From contig CBDEGZ010000003.1 of NCBI GenBank assembly GCA_965238175.1, forward strand, positions 3,104,001 to 3,168,000: 64,000 nucleotides of DNA, given 5' to 3'. The notes under the pieces were generated by a model. That model was not told where the DNA came from, did no database searches, and saw nothing but the letters and a program-made list of their open reading frames with translations. A program made the translations under genes and the position numbers. Shown here one piece after another: positions 56,213 to 64,000 of the stretch. Source of the DNA: Gammaproteobacteria bacterium (lineage in GTDB: Bacteria; Pseudomonadota; Gammaproteobacteria; CAJXQU01). Each line of letters starts with the position of its first letter. The first letter of the stretch is position 1.

Positions 56213-57304
56213 ATGAGGTTCCATATTTTGGGTTTACCGCATACAGTTTCAAGTACTGAATATAGTGCCTGTGCGTATACCCAGAAAGTCGTAAAGTTTG
56301 GCAAAATGATGTCTGATAGAGGGCATGAAATTATCCATTATGGCCATGAGGACTCTAATTTGGTTTGTTATGAGCATGTTTCTGTACTTACTAATGACGA
56401 CTTGTTAAAGGCTTACGGTAGTCATGACTGGCGCAAAAACTTCTTTACTTTTGAGGTAAATGACCATGCTTATCAAACTTTCTTTAAAAACGCCATAAAA
56501 GAGATTGGTAAGCGCAAGCAGCCTGATGACTTTATTTTGCCGTTTTGGGGTAGTGGTGTCAGGCCGGTTTGTGATGCTCACCAAGATATTATAACAGTAG
56601 AACCTGGCATAGGTTATGCTGAGGGTCACTGGGCTCGTTGGAAGGTATTTGAGTCTTATGCAATCATGCATGCCTTTTATGGTATTGGAGCGGTAGGTAA
56701 TTGTATGCAGGATTGGTATGACGTTGTTATCCCAAACTACTTTGACCTTGAAGATTTTGAGTATTGCGATGAGAAAGAAGATTATTACCTGTTTATAGGG
56801 CGAGTATATCCTGGTAAAGGTATAGATACTGCTATAGAGGTAACAGAGAAAATAGGAGCTAAACTGGTCATTGCTGGGCAAAACCCGGATAACCTGACTT
56901 TTCCGCCACATGTAGAATTTGTAGGTTATGCGGATATCCTAACTAGAAAGCGTTTGATGTCGCGAGCTAAAGCATCATTTGTTGCATCTATGTATCTGGA
57001 GCCATTTGGTGGAGTTCAAGTAGAAAATCTGCTATCAGGCACACCAACTATTACCACAGACTGGGGTGCTTTTACTGAAAATAACCCTAATGGAGTTACT
57101 GGTTATCGTTGTCGCACCTTTGCTGATTTTATTGCAGCAACAGAGAATATAGAGAATATTAAACCATCTGATTGCAGGCGTTTTGGGGAGCAATTTTCAT
57201 TAGAAAATATCGCTCCTCGTTATGAAAAATATTTTCAAGATGTATTGAATATCTATACTGGTGATGGTTGGTATCAGATGCCTGAAACCAGCTCTTCAAA
57301 ATAG
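56213..57304 (+). CDS. glycosyltransferase family 4 (GT-B)
   Basis: FIGRVYPGKG; EPFGGVQVE (E-x7-E); TTDWGAFTE; RBS GAGGA. Confidence 0.88.
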   Translation: MRFHILGLPHTVSSTEYSACAYTQKVVKFGKMMSDRGHEIIHYGHEDSNLVCYEHVSVLTNDDLLKAYGSHDWRKNFFTFEVNDHAYQTFFKNAIKEIGKRKQPDDFILPFWGSGVRPVCDAHQDIITVEPGIGYAEGHWARWKVFESYAIMHAFYGIGAVGNCMQDWYDVVIPNYFDLEDFEYCDEKEDYYLFIGRVYPGKGIDTAIEVTEKIGAKLVIAGQNPDNLTFPPHVEFVGYADILTRKRLMSRAKASFVASMYLEPFGGVQVENLLSGTPTITTDWGAFTENNPNGVTGYRCRTFADFIAATENIENIKPSDCRRFGEQFSLENIAPRYEKYFQDVLNIYTGDGWYQMPETSSSK

Positions 57305-57346
57305 ATTTTTCTTAATCCCATAACGTATGACACTAAACTATTAATC

Positions 57347-59437
57347 ATGGATACAAATACTCTAAACACTTTTTGGTTGGGTTCTTCTCTAGGCACCCTT
57401 GAGGAGATTTGTCTACTGTCAATGTTACATCAAGGCCATAAGGTAAGGGTCTTCAGCTATGAGCCTATTATCAATTTGCCGTCTGGCGTGGAAACATGTG
57501 ATGCCAATGAAATATTGCCACAAGAGAGCTTTCGTTGCCATGTCTCTGGTAGCCCGGCACTGGGCTCGGATCAATTCCGTTATATAATGATGCGTGAGGG
57601 CATTGGCCCTTGGGTGGATTCAGATGTGTTGTTATTGCATCCAATGAAGTTTGACGACCAGCCGAAATATCTGTTTGGTAGAGAAGATGAAGATAGTATA
57701 AATTGTGCAGTATTGTATTTGCCAACTGATGCACCTATTACGCAGGAATTATGTGAGTATGTTGAACAAGATTATCCCGTCCCGCCAAATTATAGCGAAG
57801 AAGATCAAAAATACTATCGTCAACAGATTGCAGCCGGCACCCCGGTACCTGTTAATAAAATGCCCTGGGGAGTTTATGGCCCACAGGCGTTGACTTATTT
57901 TGCTAAAAAACACGGTATTTTTGATATTGCACAAGCACCAGAAGTGTTTTATCCGGTTTATTGGGATCAATCACATTTGCCTTTAATGGCAGGTTGTGAA
58001 GAAGCTGTGGAAAAATGTTTCACAGCAAACACCATAGGTATTCACCTTTGGAATACACAGATGCGCCTTCCTTCGGAATTGCGCCCAAATCAGCCACCTG
58101 AGATATTGGTCATTGAAAAGGATAGTTTTTTAGATCGCTACGCGAGGCGAGAGCTGGGGTATGTAATTCGTGATGCGGTCAAACCAAGCTGGCGAGAATT
58201 AAACCAGCCACTGGCAGCTACAACTACAGCTACAACTACAGCTACAGCTACAACTACAGCTACAACTACAGCTACAGCTACAACTACAGCATTAAATACG
58301 GGGTTGCTCTGTACCCGCCCGTCATCGCGTCCAGTAATAACCTTGAATATGATCTGCAAGCATGAAGTAGATCGCATAGGTAAATGTTTAGAGTCCGTTA
58401 AGCCCTATATTGATCAATGGGTCATCGCCATAGATAGTCGCTCTGAAGATGGCACGCGTGAGGTTATTTTAGAGGTCTTGCAAGATATCCCGGGCAAATT
58501 GTATAGCCATGATTGGGCAGATTTTTCTACCAACCGTAATATGGCACTGAAGTGTGCCGAGCAGCACTGTGATTCGGGGGATTATATTTTTGTAATGGAT
58601 GCAGATGATGAAATGATTGCATCTAAGGATTTTATATTCCCAGAGCTCAATGCTTCTCTATATTCTGCACAACTTAGCGGTCGTAATATCTATTTTGAGC
58701 GCCCTTTTTTATTTCGGGCAGGTGATGGTTGGTATTATAAATACCGCATCCATGAGGCTCTACGTAATGATCGTTCTAAGGATCTAGTACAAGGTAATAT
58801 TACAGGCATGCAGATCATTCATAGACAGGCAGGTACGCGTTCAAAAAAACCATGTCGGTATCTGCACGATGCATTTTTGCTAGAGCAGGATTTATTAGAT
58901 ACGCCTGATGAACCGAGGTGTATGTTCTATCTTGCTCAAAGCTATGAATGCTTTGGGCTTTTTGAAGCAGCTGTAGATCGCTATCGTAAACGTGCGGCGA
59001 TAGACGAAGGTTATCGTGACGAACAATTCATAGCACTATTACGTATCGGGGATACTCGTAAGAATTTCCTAAATGTGCCTTGGCTAGAGGTGATGCAAGA
59101 CTATCTAGCCGCTTGGGAATTTATGCCCCACCGCATTGAGCCTTTAATGCGCATCATTGATCATTATTCCGATCTGGATGAGCATGATAATTTGGTAGTG
59201 CTCTACGCCGAGCAGGCAATGGCACATCTGCAATATCCACCACTACCTGGGTTGTTTCTGGAATATAAAGCTTATGATTATCAACTGAAAGACCGATATG
59301 CGGTAGCCTTGTATTGGTGCAAACGATATGCGGAAGCTGCGGTATTGAATGAGCAATTGCTGACAGAGGGTAGAATACCATCATCCGAGATTGAAAGGAT
59401 TACTAACAATTTGAAATTTTGCCAGGACAACCTTTAG
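57347..59437 (+). CDS. multidomain glycosyltransferase: GT32-like DxD domain, Thr/Ala linker, GT2, TPR
   Basis: FWLG..CLLS..DANEI..SDQFRY..WVDSD; ATTT repeat; LNMICKHE..CLES..DSRSEDGT..FSTNRN..MDADD..HE; FYLAQSY TPR. Confidence 0.85.
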   Translation: MDTNTLNTFWLGSSLGTLEEICLLSMLHQGHKVRVFSYEPIINLPSGVETCDANEILPQESFRCHVSGSPALGSDQFRYIMMREGIGPWVDSDVLLLHPMKFDDQPKYLFGREDEDSINCAVLYLPTDAPITQELCEYVEQDYPVPPNYSEEDQKYYRQQIAAGTPVPVNKMPWGVYGPQALTYFAKKHGIFDIAQAPEVFYPVYWDQSHLPLMAGCEEAVEKCFTANTIGIHLWNTQMRLPSELRPNQPPEILVIEKDSFLDRYARRELGYVIRDAVKPSWRELNQPLAATTTATTTATATTTATTTATATTTALNTGLLCTRPSSRPVITLNMICKHEVDRIGKCLESVKPYIDQWVIAIDSRSEDGTREVILEVLQDIPGKLYSHDWADFSTNRNMALKCAEQHCDSGDYIFVMDADDEMIASKDFIFPELNASLYSAQLSGRNIYFERPFLFRAGDGWYYKYRIHEALRNDRSKDLVQGNITGMQIIHRQAGTRSKKPCRYLHDAFLLEQDLLDTPDEPRCMFYLAQSYECFGLFEAAVDRYRKRAAIDEGYRDEQFIALLRIGDTRKNFLNVPWLEVMQDYLAAWEFMPHRIEPLMRIIDHYSDLDEHDNLVVLYAEQAMAHLQYPPLPGLFLEYKAYDYQLKDRYAVALYWCKRYAEAAVLNEQLLTEGRIPSSEIERITNNLKFCQDNL
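58217..58291 (+). repeat. in-frame tandem repeat, 30-bp unit x2.5 (ATTTATTTAT)
   Basis: GCTACAACTACAGCTACAACTACAGCTACA repeated. Confidence 0.92.
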
Positions 59438-59542
59438 AAATATGACTAAATGTTTATAACAGTGCTCGGCTAATTCTGAGTCATAGGTACATACTAAAAG
59501 AACCCATGGTGCATTTAGAAAAAACTTTTTAAATTTAATGAA

Positions 59543-59611
59543 GTAAGTTGCTCATTACCCGCCAAAGAACATCATTGCATTTTTACCAAATAATAATTAT
59601 GAGCAACTTAC
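59543..59611. repeat. 69-bp element with perfect 13-bp terminal inverted repeats
   Basis: GTAAGTTGCTCAT ... ATGAGCAACTTAC. Confidence 0.55.
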
Positions 59612-59904
59612 ACGCCAGTTATCGCAGGAGATTACACCTATTGTACAAGATAGAGATCCCCTCGACTATTTCCTCAAACAAATCCGCATATAACTAGATC
59701 AATATAGATTGGCATAATCCATGTGCTTTTTAAATAGGGTATCCACCTCACATCGTTCTTTTCATCAGCTCCCTTTCACTTGTGCTCATTTGTGTTCTAT
59801 CAGACTCAAACCAGAACTATAAGGGGATATTCTAAAGTACAACCATGAATATCTATGGCTTCTACAATATCTGCCCGCTTATGAAAACTTACATTAGCCA
59901 TCAC

Positions 59905-60075
59905 TATACCTGTGCTACTTGAAACTACAGATTTCAGTGGCTCTATCGTTCTTGCTGGCAAGGCATGTTCCGCCGGAAAGGCTTGTTAGTTGCTTGGCCC
60001 TTTTCAAGAAACACAACGCTGCCCAGCGTGAATGATAGCGTCACCCAAAGGGCGAGTCCAGGTGACACGGGTATA
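59905..60075. repeat. ERIC-like palindromic MITE (171 bp)
   Basis: TATACCTGTG ... CACGGGTATA ends; inner arms CTATCGTTCTTGCTGG / CCAGCGTGAATGATAG. Confidence 0.6.
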
Positions 60076-60191
60076 ATGCTTTGCTCATAGTTAGATAACA
60101 GATCTTGTTAAGCAGGCATGGAAAACATCGGCATTAATATAGCCCGTAAAAACTGACCGTTACAATATACGATTGGCATAATTGCCATGTT

Positions 60192-61178
60192 TTGGTTCAT
60201 AATTGCCAAGTGGGAAAATCTTATCTACATGTCGCTATTGCTAACTACCCCGGTGCTCAACTAACTGCAGTACATGGTTTGACGGATATGTTCCTCACCG
60301 CTAACCGCTTTATTAACTCTTTAAAAATGGTTAACCAGTCACTTTTTTGTGTTAGTCATTGGGGTGTTTCAGACAACGATACAAAATTAAATTCCGAATA
60401 CTGTACCTTAAAATCGGTACCATTCGTAAAAGATGTTCTGATACTACCAGGTAGTCTTGATGAACAAGCACCTACCAAATCGCAAGCTCTTACTGAATGG
60501 ATATTAACTCAATATCAATCCGGTACGGTGACATGCTCTGTTTGCAACGGTGCTTTTGTTCTTGCTCAGAGTGGTATCCTAAATGGACGAAAAGCGACCA
60601 CTCACTGGGCGCTAGAGGACGTGTTTTTCTCTCTCTATCCAGAGACTGAATTACATATAGACAGGATCATTATTGATGAAGGTGACATCGTTACTGCTGG
60701 TGGCGTCATGGCATGGCTAGATTTAGGCCTCAGCCTGATCCATCGATTTGCTGGCCCGGAAGTTATGTTAAAGGTAGCAAAGTTTTTACTCATTGATCCC
60801 CATGCTCGTGAACAAAAATTTTATCGCGCATTTTCCCCTTCTTTCAGTCATGGCGATCAACCCATCATCAAGGTACAGCACTGGTTACAAGCCAATATTG
60901 ATAAACCATTGTCACTGGAACAACTAGCAAATCTGGCAAATGTTAGTGTAAGAACATTGATCAGGCGATTTCATAGTGCTCTAAAGATAACGCCTACTGC
61001 TTATATACAACAAGTGCGTGTTGAGAAAGCGCGCGAGTTACTTGAATTTACGACATTCCCCGTGAATAAGGTTGCCTGGAGTGTAGGATACGAAGACCCC
61101 AGTGCTTTTGGAAAATTGTTTCATAAAATACAAGGATTATCGCCAGGGGAGTACCGACGTCGATTCAGAATTAAATAA
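60192..61178 (+). CDS. GlxA-family AraC transcriptional regulator (DJ-1 plus HTH)
   Basis: SVCNGAFVLA, ATTHW, TAGG, GYEDPSAF..SPGEYRRRF; start uncertain. Confidence 0.9.
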   Translation: MVHNCQVGKSYLHVAIANYPGAQLTAVHGLTDMFLTANRFINSLKMVNQSLFCVSHWGVSDNDTKLNSEYCTLKSVPFVKDVLILPGSLDEQAPTKSQALTEWILTQYQSGTVTCSVCNGAFVLAQSGILNGRKATTHWALEDVFFSLYPETELHIDRIIIDEGDIVTAGGVMAWLDLGLSLIHRFAGPEVMLKVAKFLLIDPHAREQKFYRAFSPSFSHGDQPIIKVQHWLQANIDKPLSLEQLANLANVSVRTLIRRFHSALKITPTAYIQQVRVEKARELLEFTTFPVNKVAWSVGYEDPSAFGKLFHKIQGLSPGEYRRRFRIK

Positions 61179-61333
61179 AACGTAATGAACAGGCTAACAT
61201 CAGAGCTTTTTGTTCAAAAACAATCAAAAAAACAAATAGACCTCATTAATCTTACCCACATACTGGATTTGCATTAACACTATTGATGCCTTTAGTTTAT
61301 CCTTGACATTATAAGAGATTAGAAGAGAACTAC

Positions 61334-62779
61334 ATGTTCGATACCATCGTGGGCACAATTAACAACATATTGTGGGGCAATTTGTTAATTTATCTATTGC
61401 TAGTGGTAGGGGTTTTGTTTACCTGGCGTTTAGGCTTTCTGCAAATCCGCCACTTCTTTCATATGTTTCATCTGATCAAATCCAGTCGTAAACAAGGCTT
61501 TGATAATGATCCTGATAAAAACGTAAACCGAGGTATTTCTTCTTTTCAAGCATTGTGTACCAGCCTCGCTGCCCGAGTCGGAACAGGTAACCTTGCTGGA
61601 GTGGCTATCGCTATTTCTCTTGGTGGTCCCGGTGCTATTTTCTGGATGTGGTTGATCGCTCTGCTCGGAATGGCAACGGCCTTCGCGGAAAGCGCACTGG
61701 CTCAACTCTATAAAGAACCTACTTCTGATCAGTCCTTCCGTGGTGGCCCCGCCTATTACATGGCCCGGGGTTTGAAAAACCCAACCATGGCACTGGTTTT
61801 CTCTATCTGCCTGTTTTTTGGTTATGGCTTTATTTTTAGCTCAGTACAATCCAATTCCATTAGCGATGCCTTCGCTGCTTCCTATGGCTTTACGCCGCTG
61901 TATACAGGAATTGTGATCACAATCGTGGCTGCCGCAATCGTGATGGGCGGAATGCGTAGTATCGCGCGCTTCGCTGAATATGTGGTGCCCTTTATGGGAC
62001 TAGCCTATTTATTAGTAGCATTATTTGTTGTATTTAAAAACTTGCAATCAATTCCAGAAATTTTTAACCAAATCATTGGTTCTGCCTTTGGCTGGCATGA
62101 AGCGGGTAGTGGTCTTCTAGGTGCTGCGATGAAGCAAGGTATCACTCGCGGGCTTTATTCTAATGAGGCTGGAATGGGAAGCTCTCCTAATGCCGCTGCG
62201 ACAGCCACACCTTATCCGCCACATCCAATATCACAAGCCTATATTCAGATGCTTGGTGTGGCAATTGATACTTTGTTGATCTGTTCCTGTACAGCTTTCA
62301 TCATTTTGCTCAATGGTGGTGCCCAAGGTGAGATGGAAGGTATAACTATGACTCAACATGCGTTAGCCGCTCACGTAGGAGACTGGGGAGATGACTTTAT
62401 GTCGCTGGCAATCCTGTTCTTTGGATTCACGTCCATCGTCGCCAACTATGCCTATGCGAATAATAATCTGTCTTATGTGAAGCTAGATCATTTTTATGGC
62501 CGTTTATTTTTCACCGTATGCTTTTTGATGATGACGCTGTACGGCAGCGTAGCCACACTTCCACAAGTCATTGCTCTGGCTGATCTGGGTATGGGTTTAA
62601 TGACTCTGGTCAATGTCGTTGCCTTATTTCTACTCAGCAAAACGGTAATCAGTCTTTCGCAGAATTACTCCCAACAATTGAAGAAAGGAGAAATACCAAA
62701 CTATCAGTTATCAAATGAAGAAGCGCAAACCCTCAACCTCATTCCTGGTGTGTGGTCGCCAGATCCCTCTTCGAAATAA
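61334..62779 (+). CDS. alanine/glycine:cation symporter (AGCS family)
   Basis: SSFQALCTSLAARVGTGN, GGPGAIFWMW, RGGPAYY, SNEAGMGS. Confidence 0.93.
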   Translation: MFDTIVGTINNILWGNLLIYLLLVVGVLFTWRLGFLQIRHFFHMFHLIKSSRKQGFDNDPDKNVNRGISSFQALCTSLAARVGTGNLAGVAIAISLGGPGAIFWMWLIALLGMATAFAESALAQLYKEPTSDQSFRGGPAYYMARGLKNPTMALVFSICLFFGYGFIFSSVQSNSISDAFAASYGFTPLYTGIVITIVAAAIVMGGMRSIARFAEYVVPFMGLAYLLVALFVVFKNLQSIPEIFNQIIGSAFGWHEAGSGLLGAAMKQGITRGLYSNEAGMGSSPNAAATATPYPPHPISQAYIQMLGVAIDTLLICSCTAFIILLNGGAQGEMEGITMTQHALAAHVGDWGDDFMSLAILFFGFTSIVANYAYANNNLSYVKLDHFYGRLFFTVCFLMMTLYGSVATLPQVIALADLGMGLMTLVNVVALFLLSKTVISLSQNYSQQLKKGEIPNYQLSNEEAQTLNLIPGVWSPDPSSK

Positions 62780-63101
62780 CTATCCTTTATGTCAGCAATT
62801 TATCCTGGCCTAGTATTATCACTCCTAACTCCGGCGAAAAACATTGTCATACACCAAGGAGGCTGTCAAAAAGTGAAGTGTTCACCTTCCACCAACTACG
62901 CTAAAATATGGTATAAAAAACATATGCTTTATAAAACAACTTAGTAAAAACTAACTCAACACAAATATTGATCGAGATAACTGATTAGGCCTGTATAATC
63001 AGTTATCTTACAGTGATGCATTCAACTTATAATGTAATACTTTGTCGATAAAACTTTACTAAATAGTGTTTAACAACCATCGAATGATCCTATAACCTGT
63101 C

Positions 63102-64000
63102 ATGCCATTTAATAGACGAGAATTTTTAAAAGCTCTGGGTAAAACATCTTTTCTTTCACTTATTTCAGCTCATCATGCTCTGTCGAAAATACCCCTGCAA
63201 GCACTGATTTGATTTTAGGTGGAGGTCAGTATGTTGATCTTGAAACGAGAAAAACCAAGTATGTTTTTGCCTTGTATGATTTCAAAAAATCATTTGCAGA
63301 ACAAATCCCAATAAATTTCTTTGCGCACGGTATAAGCATTAATCCCAGTTCTACAAATCAATTATTTCTATTTCAAAAAAAAGGGCCAGGAGCTTATGAA
63401 ATAGATTTAAAAACCAGGCAAGTCATCCATTATATGACACCCTCAGAGGGCTGCCATTTTTATGGTCATGGAGCTTATTCTAAAGATGGCTCTTTATTGT
63501 TTGCTGTGGAATCTTACCTGAATAACCACGATGAAATAATCTCAGTAAGAGATGCAAAATCATTAGACATTCTTGGCGAATTTCCAAGCTATGGCAAAAA
63601 CCCTCACGACTGCCATCTATTTAGTAATGGTGAATTATTAGCCATAACAAATGGGGGCGGAACATTAGATAGTACTGACTCACCATCTGTCTGCTATGTC
63701 GATGTCGAAAGTGGCAAGTTAGTTGAAAAAATAGAACTGCCAGATAAACGTATTAATGCCGGTCATTTAGTCCTTTCAAAAAATCAAGATCTTGGAGTGG
63801 TATCTGCACCTCGCTCCGGACTTCCTGAATCTGATCTTGCTGGTGTGAGCTTCCGAAAATTTGGGAATGAAATAATTGATCTACAAGCTCCTGACGGGAT
63901 AAAAAATCGTTATATAGGTGAAACATTAAGTGCTGCAATCCACAAAGAATCTAATACTTTTGCCGTCACGACACCTAAAGGCGATTTGGTCAGTTTTTGG
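63102..64000 (+). pseudogene. Tat-exported DUF1513-family beta-propeller protein, frameshifted after the signal peptide; runs off the window edge
   Basis: MPFNRREFLK Tat motif, stop after 36 codons; -1 frame from ~63165 gives SSCSVEN...HFYGHGAYSKDG..GKNPHD..ITNGG. Confidence 0.75.

Noticed and set aside
58217-58291. Possible CRISPR array
   Set aside because: Tandem in-frame coding repeat with no spacers; no cas genes or repeat-spacer pattern seen in the window.
50890-59900. Prophage or integrative element
   Set aside because: No integrase, structural, replication or conjugation genes and no flanking att repeats found.
59612-59900. Decayed coding-like sequence before the ERIC-like element
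   Set aside because: Multiple stops in the frames examined; no family could be recognised.

Overview
Gammaproteobacterial chromosome segment. About 1-50 kb is mostly conserved core genome: tsaC-topA-smg-dprA-lysM; def-fmt-rsmB-DUF4390-ntrY-ntrX-trkA-trkH; zapE; a complete minus-strand rRNA operon (16S, tRNA-Ile, tRNA-Ala, 23S, 5S); tyrS, M23 peptidase, anmK, erpA, bactofilin, argC, hemJ, thiD, thiE, hemL, glxK, tupBC, fabAB and modA. Several elements are missing from the ORF track: (i) a candidate ~90-nt sRNA upstream of argC, with a near-consensus sigma70 promoter whose spacer is a perfect CRP-type site; (ii) a stand-alone 24-aa pqqA with sigma54, IHF-like and tandem upstream sites; (iii) a family of GAGACC-ended palindromic MITEs, one split by an intact IS481 element with a 7-bp target duplication; (iv) frameshifted lysM and DUF1513 genes. 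From ~50.9 kb, modB breaks off into an AT-rich mosaic of foreign fragments (GT25 remnant, Bacteroidetes-like immunity-type genes, transposase remnants). An intact two-gene glycosyltransferase unit follows (GT4, then a GT32-like/Thr-Ala repeat/GT2/TPR fusion), then a GlxA-type regulator and an amino acid symporter. Family assignments come from motif recognition, not database searches.
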